The position numbers were made by a program, and so were the translations under genes. The notes under the pieces are model-generated. The model saw only the letters and a list, made by a program, of their open reading frames with translations. It made no database searches and was not told where the DNA came from. Below are positions 38,547-52,015 of a DNA stretch of 64,000 nucleotides, piece by piece. Source of the DNA: Lingula anatina (taxonomy: Eukaryota > Animalia > Brachiopoda); contig CM120648.1 of assembly GCA_051362555.1 (NCBI GenBank), positions 3,592,587-3,656,586 of the forward strand, written 5' to 3'. Position 1 is the stretch's first letter, and each line of letters starts with the position of its first letter.

Positions 38547-41500
38547 AAATATGTATTTGTAATAATGAAAGACAAGACTGGCTGTTGTTGTTGTTGTTTG
38601 TAAAATTCATGCGTGGTGTGTATATCACAGGTATGTGCATGTGTGTATGCTCGTGTATGTGGTCCGTGTATATCACTGGTGTATGTGTGTGTGCGCGTAT
38701 GTGCTTGCATGTGTATGAGTATATGCTTGTGTGTGTCTGTCAGTGTATATGTTTGTTTGTGTTTGCACTTGTGGGGTATGGCTTTTTGTTGGGAAAAATT
38801 TAGGCAATACTATTGATCTCATTTTCTTTAATGATTTTCAATATTATTTTCCCCTCACTAGACTGGTTGAATAGGTACACATGGGCTGACATATGTACAA
38901 TAATAAGAAAACACAGGTTAAAGTTGGCATGTGGTTTTATCAAAGTATTTTCCAAGGCAGAAATGCAGGAATGCTTATTAATCTGCTGCTTATATCCCTT
39001 AAAAGTAAGGTCTAGTCTAGGATGTGTTAGCAGCAGGGGTAGGTAGAGTAGAGGGGGGAGGTACAAGCACACTAGAAACAATAGCCAGTATTTAATTAAT
39101 TGGGAATTAATTTGGCCATCTGATTATGTCATCTGGGCAGGCCTGAATCAGTGCAGGATTAAGAATGCCACAGTATTTACAGCTATGGTAGTTCAAAGTA
39201 TGGTAATTATCCTGACTCACTTAATCCCCTATTTAATTTTTTTTTTTTAAGAATCTTCATTTTTAAAAACTCAAAAAAGATTTTGAAAAACGTTTTTTGT
39301 GCTCTTAACCCAAATTACAGTTCAGAATTTTCTTATCTCCTTTCTTACATGTTTATATAATACGATTAAATATAAAATCAGTAAATTATGTTCAAATTTA
39401 GAGAGGAATTACCTTATGCCATTTCATGCACCATGATATGGGACCTTGAATTGACTGCACTTGTTGAACATAATAATATAGCCATATCCACCTGTTTGTA
39501 CACTATAATAGACAGAGTTCTGAATGACAGTACTCTCATTGTGTGACATTATGTGGACACTTCTCCTAACAAGGCACAAATTGTATGGTCCTCGTGACAA
39601 AATTGGCATCGCACTGAGGGGGAGTTTGTCACCCATGATTGTCAACTCGACCCCATGCTCTAGTAGTACCCCGTTGGCTTCCTGTCAGTAGGCCAGATTA
39701 ACCTAGACATGAGACAGGAATCTCGGGGCTGAGATTAGGGGAATCTGGAGTAGATGAGGTAGGTAGGTTGTGAAGGTGTTGTGACGGAACGCCTGGCCAA
39801 TTTTAGGGATATAGCTATGTTAGGCTGGATGTACTAGTAGGTTTTAAGTAAGGACTTAGCCCCTTAATTCACATCAAGCAATATAGTTTGCACTTTTGGT
39901 TAACAGGCCCTTGGGATTCGGATGTTGGAGTTTCCACGGGGTCTCTAGCTGGGTATATTACTCATAGTTTCATTTTTAGCCACAGGTGATTCCGAGATAT
40001 GCTGCTGAAAGCTAGGCTATCAACAATCAATAGATGAACATATAAATGTATCAATCAGTGAATAAATAAATAAATGAATATATGAATAAATAAATGAAAT
40101 ACCTTCAGTGAAACTATTTACATTTCTTTCAACCTTTTGTGGGAGGATGGAGCGATAGGGTGTCATAGGTGAGCGATCATGTAGAAAGACTTTGAGCATA
40201 AAGATTGTTATTCAGGACACATAATGCTTATCTTTATGAACTAAAACTAAATTAGAGGTTGTGCACCCACTTTTCAATATTTCATATAGAGGGTTGAAAA
40301 TTTGTATACCTTACGCTAAATTTTCAGTTTCATTGATGGTTTTGATTTTTTTGTTTATGGTTTTGAATGATTCATTTTGTCATACTGATGTATGTGAGTT
40401 TATTTTCATAAAGACCCTCAAAAATTGTAATGCGAAAATAAAAATCTGTTTAACATTTTGAGTAAAAAGCGGCAATAAGAAAAAAACTAAGATGGAAAAA
40501 AATGAGAGTTGTATGACCAGGCTGAGCCCATACCAGTTGTTTGCCTCATTGAAGACACCTGTTTGTGGCTATGGTTATTCATCCGGTTGTAATGTATGGA
40601 CTATTAGTATGTACATGGTCAGTATATCACCAGAAACAGTTCTAAAGGTGCCTATTTTTCACCATTTTTATCACCTTGAAAACTTCAGTTGGTCACAGGT
40701 CAGTTGATGGTAGGGAACACACTTATTTCTTATAAGGATAATAACTTGAATAAAAAAAGCAAATAAAAAACTGTTGATGCTTGCCTTTCAAGATATTATC
40801 CAGATACATTTGGTGTTGTGATAGATGAATTACAGTGACCTTGTATATGCTATTCCTTATGTTGATATAAATAGAGTGAATGGACTGTGCCCAGCTATAT
40901 ACATATACATATATATACATATAAATTATATAGTATGAGATGAGCACAAGAGGGCAAGAATGGGCTGAACATGCAAGATGACAAGGTAGACTCTTTGAGG
41001 CAGTCCTGCAAGTCACCTCACCGTTTTATTCTAATTTCTGAAATGTGGGTTGCATGTTAGGCAAATTCATTGAACTGGTGAAGATGTGTTTCCCGTTTTT
41101 ATGACCTTTGACCTTATCTTTCAGTACAATACCAGATCCCATGGGTCAGAGGTTAAACTGGTACAAGCCGCCATTGTCTGTCCTCATCATTAAGAAAATC
41201 TACGACGACCATGTTTCCCGACCATTCAAGGATCTTGTAAAATATCTTGTCTCGGTAAGTTTTCTTTTCAACCTGGTTATTGCATATATGTTTTTTTTTT
41301 TTTAATACGAATTAATCCATTCAATTGTAGATTTATAGGTCTGTTACTTAAAGGGGCAAATGGAAGATGCGGAGTTTACATTCCAGGCATTCTATCCAAG
41401 TTTAATGTTTCACATGTAATACTTAAAATGAAAAATAATTTGTACCTTTTTTTCACTGAGTTATAAAAAATAACCCAGTGGAATTCTCCTTACCAAGGAT

Positions 41501-44500
41501 TATCAGTGATTCTCCTTTCTTATATAAGGAAGAGATTATCAATGGAGGCATTTGTCCAATAACTAGTGAACTTTTTCTATTCATGTGAATGAAAGCAATA
41601 CTGAGGAACATTCAGATGCAGTTTTCCGTCCGTGAAATCACATAACTTTTCATTTTGTCCTGAATAAATCAATTGGGCTCAGGACTTCTGTGTGTGAGTG
41701 TGTGTGGATCATACAAAGTTTTGCTAACAGGTTACCCACTGTAAAAAGTATTATGTCCTTTAGAATGGGTGGTGTGAGTCTCAGATCATAATCTGCCAGC
41801 TTCTCTTGATCACTCCTGACCTCTACTGGCTGTGACATCATCATCATCATCATCATTACAGAGGTCTGTTCACACAGGAGTGATCAAAGGTTTAAACTGA
41901 AAAATTCACCATGTCAGACTAGATCAGTGGTCTGGATTAACATTCAGTATTAAATATGTTGAGTTATTTTACTGTCTTTTAAAAATTAATTCATCAATTT
42001 CTTGTGAAGCTTACTGGTACATTTTTCACAAATGGTTAACTCTGAATAACTGTGGCTAAATAATTAACCAAATAGTAAATCATTAACAAATCAATTCCTT
42101 ACCAATTTATCATTACTATTAAGTTGTTGACAAAATTAATCATTTTGGAAATTTGAAGAAGCATGCCAGAGTGAAGCCAGGTATTGAAAATCCAGTAATA
42201 AAATTAATGAAATTAACCATGAACTTAATATAGCAATGTGTTGTATAACAATGTGGTGATATGCATGTTTTATTTACGGGTCCTCATGTGACTGCCCATA
42301 TGATGAACTAATAGATTAAGTGCTTGTTATAACACGAGTCGTTCATTGTATGTGACAAACAAGAGCGTTATTACATTGAAGCACAGCCCAGATATATTTT
42401 GCTCTTGTATGGCACATACAGTTGACGACAAGTACATACAGTTGTAACTGATGAACAATAGAATGATTGCACTTGTATTTAGCTTCTAACCTTTTTTATC
42501 ATATTAAAATATAGGCAAGTTTGTAAACGAAATAGATGTGCAATTATCCTTCTGTTTGAAGCGCTGGCCATGGGATGATTAATAACGCCACAGCAAAAAC
42601 TGATCACTGTTTTGCCTGTGCACTAAAGGGCAGCACAGTTGATGGTGCAAGACAGGCCCAAACCAGCAATTATATAAAAAACCAACTGAAGGTGAACATT
42701 AATCATCCTAAATTGCCCAAAGTTTTGTGACTTAACCTAAAACATTTCTGCTTAATTACATCATTAAGCCTGGTACTAGAATGTTATCTTTTTGTTTTTC
42801 TGTGATATCATTGAAATTATTATTTGGTACGAATCTTATGAATTTTAAGTGTTATTTTCTTGCTATTAAAGGTGAAGCAAATGATAGTATATGTGGAGGC
42901 AAAGACTTTGGATGAACCAAGTATCAGTGCTGACAGAGACTTCTTGGACATCTTAAAAAGTGTCACTCTCTTTCAGGAAGGTAGATGTATTGCTCTATTG
43001 ACTCTAATTATAGTCATTTATTAAACACATGAATCTTTTATGGAATTGGTGCATTCATTAATTGAACAAGATTTTCTCTTTTTTTTTTTCATTTTTATAT
43101 GTCAAAGAAAACTTAGACCCAAATGTTGTGGCACCTATGAGATAATCCGTTTTCAGCTAATAGTAACTTTTTTATATATTTTAATATTTGTAGACAAGGA
43201 CAATCTGACAGATAAGATAGATCTGGTGGTCTGTCTGGGAGGAGATGGCACTCTGTTATATACCTCTTCACTCTTCCAGGTAAATAGGCACAATTTTGAA
43301 TTTCTGCTGTGGCAAAGATAGTACCTTTTTAATTAAATTCAAATTGTAATGTTTTCCACAGTTACTGAAAAGTTAAACTTGTGAATATACATTTTTTTAT
43401 CATTTATAATACTTACCAGTTGTAAAAATAAAAGCTTTCATACTTCACAATATGAGCAGTTCTTTTAAGACTTTATTGGACTCTTCATCACAGGCCTGGA
43501 TCACATGACTAACTTATCAAACACCACTTATAAATCATTTTATTTAATCATGTTTGGAAGACACTTGGAATATCAGTCATATTTTAAATAAAAATTCCAT
43601 ATAACTTTTCCAATTCCAGCTGAGCTGTCCCCCTGTGCTCTCCTTTCACCTGGGTTCTCTGGGGTTTCTGACGCCATTCCAGTTTGAGAATTTCAGGGAG
43701 GAAGTGGACCAAGTCATTGAAGGTAGGTGAAAGTGTTCTCGGACGTTGATGGGTGTAAGAATGTAGAAAATAAATTAATGTGGTGGCATTAAGAATTGGG
43801 TAATTACAGTAACCAAATATCAAGCTCAGAGGCTTATTCTTATGTTTATTAATGAGTTATGTCTAAAGTGGTACCTAAGCCTTAAAATCCATTCAAGGTC
43901 AAAAATGTTCATGGTCCTATTATTCTTGATATTTTTTATATTATCTTTCAATAATTTTGGCCTTATTTATTTTTTACAGGTAACACCCCACTCATCCTGA
44001 GAAGCAGGTTAAAAGCTGTCATTTGCAAAGCAGGATCAGCTTGTTTGATGACTCCTCATGTCAAAGATATTGATCACTCCACAGCCAAAACGCACATACT
44101 GGTAGGTTATTGTGGTAGTTGTGACATGGAAATGTGTCACTGTGGTAGTTGAGACCCAAAAATATCACATTGTGGTAGTTGAGACATGGGATTTAGCCAT
44201 TGTGGTAGACGCCAGGTATAAATGTGCCATTGTTGAAGGTGTCACACAGATATGCCATTGTGGCAGTTGTGCCATAGAAATTTGCTATTGTGGTTGGTGT
44301 GACATTGACATATGTTTTGTTATCACAGTGAATGTTCAGTCAATTGTTCTATAAAATAGTACAATGGTATATTACCGTTGTGTGAAAAAAGGCTTTTTTT
44401 ACAATAAAGCTTCTTATTAATCCTTCTATTTATGGCTCTTATTCCTTCTGTTCAGACTCTCAACGAAGTTGTCATAGACAGAGGACCTTCTCCTTATCTC

Positions 44501-47500
44501 TGTAATGTCGATCTGTATGTGGAGAAGAAACTGGTGACATCAGTACAAGGAGATGGTGAGTAAAAGAATAGTCCCAATGTAAGTAGGAAGACTGGATAAG
44601 ATCTTCTGACATCTTGGTAAATTGAAATATTAAAACTTTTTTTATCTTGGTCACTCATGAGACATTTTTTTTTTTAATTTTGCAAATTTTTCATGGTGGC
44701 TAGCTGTTATCAATAAGACATCATGGAAAATTTGAAGAAGTAAATAATTGGAATCAGGCAGTGTATATTATTTTCTTTTTTTTCCAGGTCTTATCATCTC
44801 CACCCCCACAGGGAGCACGGCGTACGCTGCTGCGGCTGGGGCCTCCATGATCCACCCACAGGTGCCCGCAATTGTAATAACGCCTGTCTGCCCACACTCG
44901 CTCTCCTTTCGACCAATCGTTGTGCCTGCGGGAGTGGAAGTTATGGTTAGTAATGAGGGTATTGGCTTCCATCGAATTTGAGATTTTTGTCAAATTAATG
45001 AAAATTTCCAAATGATTATGGATTTTCTTCAAAGAAAGGAAATATATATCTGTCATTCTTTGCTAGTGGTTACAAAATGTTGAATTTGACCGAAAATTTC
45101 AAACTTTCTCTGGGAAGCTGTAATTTTGCGATGTGATAGCTACACCATCACAGTTTATCATTTCATAAAAAGGGAAACAGCAGCTGCCCTTTTTAGGGCA
45201 CACAGGAGAGTTGAACAGCTATACCCACCAAATCCAAGACGCGTTACCCTGGGTAATATATTTTGCACAAACTAATGAAAGTCTTATGGAATGTTTTCAG
45301 TTTTAGTTTAAATCATAAGGGGGTGTTGTCTCAATGCTTCAAAACTGGGTTTGAAGAATTTAATCCACATTTCATAATTAATAAAAATGGTGAATATGTG
45401 GGTCACGGTAACGTTATTGACGCGGGTACAAAAACTTTTTATAATCATGTAAATAATAACAATATTTTTGCTATTATCCATACACACTTCAATCATGAGG
45501 GGCACACCACTTTCACATGCTTTTAAAATGGAATTGACAAACACAGAGGAATAATGCACATATTTTATTTACTGTAACTCTGTCACATGGGACACACACT
45601 GAACAAAGTTGATCTAAAGAATGTTCCAGATTGTAGTTTTTTATCTGAATTATTATTTTTTTATTATTATTTTAACCCAATAAAGTTCAGTTAAATACAA
45701 AATTTAACAAAATGAAGTTCAGTGTAACACAAAGTTCATAATTATAACATTCTTCCTGACATATGTGGACCAATGGTGATATCTGTTCTGTGCTCACTAA
45801 GGCATCCACTCTTGGGATTCTGAAAAAAAAAATCACACAAAGAATCTGTTAACTATGATAACGAACAATGGATAACCTAAGATCACAAATAGTTTATTGC
45901 TTATTCAAAGAAAGTACAGTGCATTATGAGTGACAAACACGCATTATTGAGACACATTTTCTTCACCCATTTTCGGTGCTTCATTGCGTAACGTAAGTGT
46001 TGCTAGTAATCCATTATTGCTGTTTTTACAGACGGTTAAATTTTAAACGCACGGAATACAGTGTAGCAGCTTAATTTAAGACAAAACTAAAAAAAGTAAT
46101 TCAATTTCGATGATTTAGTTTTCGAGAACAAGAGAACATGAATACGGTATCACCGCGTCACCATGTTCAATATGACCTTTAGGGTACGTACGGATAAAAT
46201 TTAGTCCCAAAATATTACACGTCCCTATACTCCCCTTACCGATAGATACATAAAGGAAAAACGGAAAAAACATCTTTTTAGATTTAAATACCGATAGATC
46301 CGATTTTTTTCTGCTGTCCTATATATTTGCGTTCCTATAGATATGACGTCCTCATAAACCCACGTCCTTTAAATCCGCATACCTATAGATCCACGTATTT
46401 TTAGATCCAAATACCGATAGATCCATTACAGGTACACTATTGCTCGAAATAGTTGGTATACTACTCAGTACATAAAATGCACTTCTTTAAAACGGCAATA
46501 CGCAGTCAGCAATATATTATTCTACTAGATCGTTTTCACACAATACTCAGTGAAAGAACATAAAAAGAACAAAAGTGTGTTCTATATTTCACAACGCTTA
46601 ATTACTGTTCTAGCGTCAGAACACTGTTTAAAGCGTTCTCAAAATGCAACATTCGAACACGTAAAAAGTGTTCTGAATTTACATGTAAATGTGTTCTAAA
46701 CAAAACAAAACAAAAAAGAACATAAAAATGTGTTCTAAAGTTCACAACGCAAGTTGATATGGGCCTTTTAGCCGATTACGATGTCAGATAGATGGATCTA
46801 GCGGTACCTGGATCTAAAGATACGTGGGTTTATAGGAATCTGTTGGTGGATCTATCGGAACGTAAATTTAACGAGACGTAAATCTATTGAGACGTGTATG
46901 TATAGAGACGTATTTTATTGGGACGTTTATCTATATGGCGGACCCCGACTTTAGTCCCCCATTTGACACAGACGCAAAACGAAAGTTCAGACGAAGTCAC
47001 CCTACTTATAGAATGGTAAAAATCAATCGGTACACAAATATGTTGAAACAATTGAAGAAAAATGAAACGAAACTCATTATTTCTCACCTTCATACAAAGA
47101 AGATCCCAATAAACAATCCTGTGACGGTTAAATCGAGGGAATTACACCTGTGCCCTGCATCCTATCTCGTCAGCGTCATTGCGTAACATGTTATCAGAAT
47201 GGGCCACCCGCCAGTTTGAGCTGGTTTTTTTAGTGTGTAAAAGAAGCCATTCGTGTGTAGACGTCATCAGTTAGTGAGTATGGAAGAAGATCGCTATCGA
47301 TGTATAATTTTCACGCGGCATTTTAAAGTCGTCTGATAAGAATCGATCTCTGAAGTTTCAGCGTTGCGAACGTAATATTGGGACGCGGTGAAGAAATATC
47401 GACCTTGCTGAGCAATAAATGTGAAATTCTTTAGAAAACTGATATTATCATGGATTTCGTGACACAAACTAACCGAAATACTACTTTGGACGATTGAACA

Positions 47501-48587
47501 GTTTTAATACGGAAAGATAGGATTAGATGAAATTTTCATCGGGGTGGGACACCACATGTATCGTAAGTTAAGCTAATTTTGTGATCATTTTTCAGTGACT
47601 TCAAATAAATTTTTATTTAAATAACCATTTGCACATTCTGTTTATTATATCTTCTTGCAGTAGGTGTATTCCCTGCTTCAATAATTCATTCAAACCCTAA
47701 ACAAACTGTTCCTAAATAGAGGTAGGGTCGAAATTCCACAAAAAAAGACGACATTTTGAGGGTAATTTCGATATATTTTCTGCTTTTTCTCTTCTTTTGC
47801 TTTTATAACAATATCCTCCTTGCTCATGCAGCTTCTTTGATTTGTTATTGAAACATACACAACGATGTCATGAGAATTTGGTCGGCTATCTAAATTTAAA
47901 TAACATTCTTGTTATGGTCCCCCCGCAGTGCACCACTAGCAAAGAATGACTGATATATATATTAAATAAGCAATTTTATGTATATTTGCATTTGTAAATC
48001 TAGTAGCCCAATTGAATATAACAACCATGAATTTCATGATTTTACTGAATGACGGTAACATTTGATATTTCAGAAAACAAATTTTATAATAACTTATATC
48101 TTGTTGAAACAGGTCTTTCATTCTTGCATAATGATGGTAAAAATTAATTTGTTCCTAAAGAAATGGGTAAAATACAAGTTTTGTCTAGGTATGATCAATA
48201 TTTTTACCACAATTGATATCCAGTCTGCATAGTTTGATTATGTTTGATATACTATGTGGTGTCTGTATTTTGCCAGCTTTGCTGTCTACTTTTTATATAC
48301 AATTTTAATATTATATGTTCTAGGTCATGATATCTCCTGACGCCAGAAACACAGCCTGGGCTTCCTTTGATGGCCGAAGCCGTCAAGAACTCCAGCAGGG
48401 GGACACTCTCCGTATAACAACCTCGACCTACCCAGTGCCTTGTATATGTACAAAGGACCCAATTGGAGACTGGTTTGACAGTCTAGGAAAATGTCTTCAC
48501 TGGAACGTTAGGAAACAACAGAAACACATGCTGCCACAGTCTTCCAGTTCAGCTAGTTTGGACTCCTTGGATGATAGGGATTTATAG
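30816..48587 (+). CDS. NADK: Cytosolic NAD kinase (NAD+ kinase), about 454 aa, 11 coding exons
   Basis: Exons 30816-30985, 32125-32163 (39-nt, optional), 38371-38454, 41125-41254, 42872-42980, 43194-43279, 43620-43722, 43980-44101, 44456-44555, 44788-44945, 48324-48587, all GT-AG and phase-consistent. Signature motifs: [87 protein letters not shown]. Confidence 0.97.
31301..31503. mobile_element. MITE family B copy 2 (NADK intron 1)
   Basis: ATTCCCATAGATTT...AAATCTGTGGGAAT. Reverse-complement match to 6581-6783 along its whole length. Confidence 0.75.
33557..33722. mobile_element. MITE with GGGTAGCGCTAGC termini; a second, inverted, internally deleted copy lies at about 32274-32401
   Basis: GGGTAGCGCTAGCA...TGCTAGCGCTACCC. 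Reverse-complement similarity to 32274-32401. Confidence 0.7.
34290..34780 (+). repeat. Highly degenerate tandem repeat of about 55 bp, just upstream of the HINE-like element
   Basis: Recurrent GATACTTGGGGTGAAGG...GCTAATA...CACAGG...CACTGCACCCT-like units. Confidence 0.55.
34797..36605 (+). mobile_element. Non-autonomous Helentron-associated element (HINE/DINE-1/pearl-like) in NADK intron 2
   Basis: T-run insertion site. 5' subTIR ATGTACAGACA with its adjacent inverted copy TGTCTGTACAT (34802-34829), a (GTCGCC)n microsatellite, and tandem repeats of about 160 bp. 3' subTIR TGTCTGTACAT (36573-36583) followed by a short hairpin CAGC-TTT-GCTG. A second copy starts at about 62609. Confidence 0.75.
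37630..37808. mobile_element. MITE-like element with GGGCCTGTTCA termini
   Basis: GGGCCTGTTCA...TGAACAGGCCC. The internal sequence (GCAGATCAA; CAAGTGGGTC.GCCAT) resembles 6799-6972. Confidence 0.55.
44109..44315 (+). repeat. Degenerate 30-bp minisatellite (about 7 copies) immediately after NADK exon 8
   Basis: Units start ATTGTGGTAGTTG(A/T)GAC at about 30-bp spacing. Confidence 0.85.
46182..46965. mobile_element. Degenerate foldback-like element with internally repetitive inverted arms (NADK last intron)
   Basis: The left arm (46182-46430) repeats CCGATAGATCC, CCTATAGAT and CCACGT. The right arm (46780-46965) repeats the reverse complements (GGATCTATCGG, ACGTGGG). Termini are GGGT.CG / CG.ACCC. 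Confidence 0.55.
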
Positions 48588-48598
48588 TGTGTGTGTGC

Positions 48599-48643
<45 letters not shown>
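48587..48643. repeat. (GT)n(GA)n microsatellite directly after the NADK stop codon
   Basis: Direct reading. Confidence 0.9.
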
Positions 48644-49182
48644 GTGGAGGGGGGAGAAGAGAAACTGTTCCAGGAAGGGGCAAGAGATTATGACTGCCCT
48701 GCCACATCTTATTTACATCTTCAGATTTTTTGAAAATCTTTTTTATGGAAAGGGTGATTTTTAATATGGGGTTTTCTGTATAGGCTCAAATTTCAAAAAG
48801 CAATTATCTATATTAGTCAAAGAATTTTTTTTTTAATTAGTTTTGATAAAAACTTGTTCTTTTTACAGGCACTGTTTCTTTGAACAGGATAGTTTCTAAA
48901 ACTCCAAAGTTTTTTATTTAACCTTTTGGGACTGTTTATTACTCAAAGATCTGCTCAGAAATGACCTTGTCAATTTTACTGACATGTCCTTGTTATAATA
49001 TAATTGTCTAGCAAGTAAACATTCCGGGGTTTGCTCTGAGACCACATACATGTATAATGTTAGTTTTTCACAATAGGTTTCCATAGGTTTTTATTGTGGG
49101 ATTCATCCATTTCTTTTGTGGCAATGGCTTTCTGTTGTTTGTGTAATTGGTAACAGACAAACCATAAAAAGCTGGCATACAT

Positions 49183-49217
<35 letters not shown>

Positions 49218-50434
49218 TTGTATGTCACCTTCATCCTAAACCACCCCAAGCATTTAATTACTCCATCAATTATGCCAAAAAAAGCAAATAGACACAGAGC
49301 AATGATTGGTCAATATTTGTCCAATCAAGTTTACTTTTATAACATCACCCCACTCATGATTTGGAAAAAAAAATTTGCATTGTTACTAGTCATTACAGGT
49401 CATTAATTGTATAACTTTTGAAATTAACAAGTGTTATTATATTTTCAATTAGAGCATTTATAAAAAATAGTATGTAATTAGTTGGCACAAATTATTACAA
49501 TATTTCGATTTAAAACAATTGTGTGCCCATTTTAATTGTGGAGTTGCAAACAGGCCATTGGAAGTTGCCTTCCATAGAATGTTTATTAAAGCCAAAAGGA
49601 CCAAAAAGGATGTTCCACAAGACAGGTAAATAAGCCAACAGCTTCCAAAGCTTACAGGTAGAGTCACATCTTGTTTGCAAGCACTTTGGTATGTTTCTTT
49701 ATTTCCCTTTATTTCCTATGGTCCTTTTAATATATTTGAGATGAAAGGAGGTCAGTAAAACAACACAATTCGATAATTGTATCTAAGACTAGTAGAAAAA
49801 GGGTTTGTGGCCCTTGACGAGGGTAAAGTTACCAATGACTAACAAGAGCCAAAGGTACCACATAAGTCTATTATAACTGTAACTAAGCTGTACATGTTCC
49901 ATCAATGGGGCCTATAGAAATATTAGAAGACAATTTCTTTGTATCTGTGTTATGCTTTTATTTTTTAATATAAATCCTCAGGAAAAAAACCAAATGAAAT
50001 CACCGGTAAAGTTAAGAAAGCAACATTCCTTATGTGAATGCTATTTGGAAGTAATGATTTATTGAATGTGGTGAACTAAAGGTTATATGTTTTTCAAAGT
50101 ATGTATACATGTGTCTAGCTTACAGATCATTTATTTAAAACGGAAAGCAAATGTTTCCGAGAAGAAAAGATAAACTTAGATTTTTGTAACCATCATTAAT
50201 GGTGTTATATTTTTTTGCTTCAATTTGACAGTAGCTATATACTGTAATATCAAGACCAACTAAGATCAAATGTTACTGCAGGTGACATCTAGTGTTAGAT
50301 TTCTCAAGACAAGCCACATTTTTCAAGAGGGGTGTAAATCAACACAATGCTGCTGATGTTATTCAGTTAACTAACATGCATTTAAAGTCTCACTTACCAC
50401 TCAATTGTATGTTGGAAATATGCACTTTTTGACT

Positions 50435-50492
<58 letters not shown>

Positions 50493-50764
50493 GCGGCTGT
50501 AATAACAAATACCATTATAACTGTATTATAAGAAATCTTGCAAATCTTTTTTATCAAAGTGATGGGTGGTGATATACTGTTGGATGAAGAAACCTGTGAA
50601 AAAAAGCATGCAAAACATTTGAAATTTATAGTTCCTTTCTTTCTATTAAATCAGAGTTATCTGTTGGATTTCATTTTCTATTGGCTTTTGATTGTACCAG
50701 CTTGTTAAGCAGATTTGTTTCTTTTTTTTTTAATTTATTTTTTTTTTTATTATTTTTTCGTTCT

Positions 50765-50767
<3 letters not shown>

Positions 50768-50820
<53 letters not shown>
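50768..50820. repeat. (ATT)n microsatellite
   Basis: Direct reading. Confidence 0.9.
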
Positions 50821-50821
<1 letters not shown>

Positions 50822-52015
50822 TAAGATACTCTGTATTCAATTAATGAAAATTGCATTATAGTGTTACAAATAATGCAAATGCACACATATTTACAAAAAC
50901 CTTGGAAGATGTTGAGATCTAAGATGTAATATATGGTAATAACTTTAAAGGAGCTTGAAGCAGCCCTTGGATCAATTTGTCTTTATAATATTCCAGAATG
51001 TGCAACTGTAGAAATGGATGAAAAGGGCACTTGTGTTGAATTAATGACAGTATGTGACAGAAAATGTTTATTGTAGCCAAGAGAATTTTTGTGATACTCT
51101 GTAGTAGTCAACAGCGTCATAGTTAAATGATTATATGATGAATGACACTATGGTTTTCATTTTTTGACCAATTTCAAAGTGCAATTTATACTATGTAAAA
51201 GGGAATTAAATGAATTTTCCCATTTAAAAATGTACAGTATGAAGAACAACATTTAGAGTTCAGAAAATTGCAGAATAGTCTAACATCAACACTCTGAATG
51301 AGGATTGGTAATTATCAATCAATCAGTCGCGTTTATTGTCTCTCGCTCATTATTTACAAAGGCTATGACCTAGTAAAACACTTTGCTTAACCTTGAGCCC
51401 TTGTGTTGTGGGTCCAAGGTTATATAAGGTGAGCTGTTTTAATTTGTAATTATTTTACAGTTATGCCAAGTTGGAATGCTAATTTATATAACAATTCACA
51501 ATTTTATAAATTGTTGATTATTAATTAATTTCTGAATCAAATAAAGAATTTATGATGATGGCAGTATTATGTTATTTCTTTTATAGAACACTTGAAAATG
51601 TTTTATTATTGTTATTTCCTTGAGTTTTGTGATATTATCTATGAGTAGTGGCAACAGCTTCTTTGTATCCTCTTACTCAGAATGAGATGGTCAAGTATCC
51701 TATAAGCTCTATAGACTCCTGCAAAATGCACCATAGCTACTTTAAAACTGGAATGAGGTTACGGAAATCTCACTGGTGGGACAATACCTGGAGGCGGTAA
51801 CGCCCCTTAGGTCCTCTAGTTAAAATTATTTTTGCTCCTAAGTGTCCGTATATTTGCTGTTTTGTGTGCGCATTGTAAGTAAGCCTTTAGCGCTAATCGT
51901 TTGACCTTTCACTCTGTTAGACAAGATAGATAACCCAGCCCCCAATCAACAAGGTGATAACATTGCACTCCGCTCAGACACACCCCCTTAACTTTGTTCA
52001 CACATTCACAACGAA

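Noticed and set aside
38476-38816. ORFs rich in HT/CV dipeptides (also about 10165-10480 and 25985-26189)
   Set aside because: They are translations of (CA/GT)n microsatellites.
39590-40210. Possible SINE or tRNA-derived remnants (also about 800-955, 10600-10720 and 58970-59140)
   Set aside because: GC-richer patches with SINE-like wording, but no convincing A/B boxes, cloverleaf or second copy could be verified by eye.
42328-42432. Imperfect inverted repeat in NADK intron 4 (GTCGTTCATTGTATGTGACAAACAAGAGC...GCTCTTGTATGGCACATACAGTTGACGAC) as a pre-miRNA
   Set aside because: The loop is large and the stem has multiple mismatches. It is more likely an old repeat remnant, and there are no small-RNA data to support it.
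44109-44315. Regularly spaced repeats resembling a CRISPR array
   Set aside because: The units are contiguous degenerate 30-mers without unique spacers. They sit in a eukaryotic intron with no cas genes nearby.
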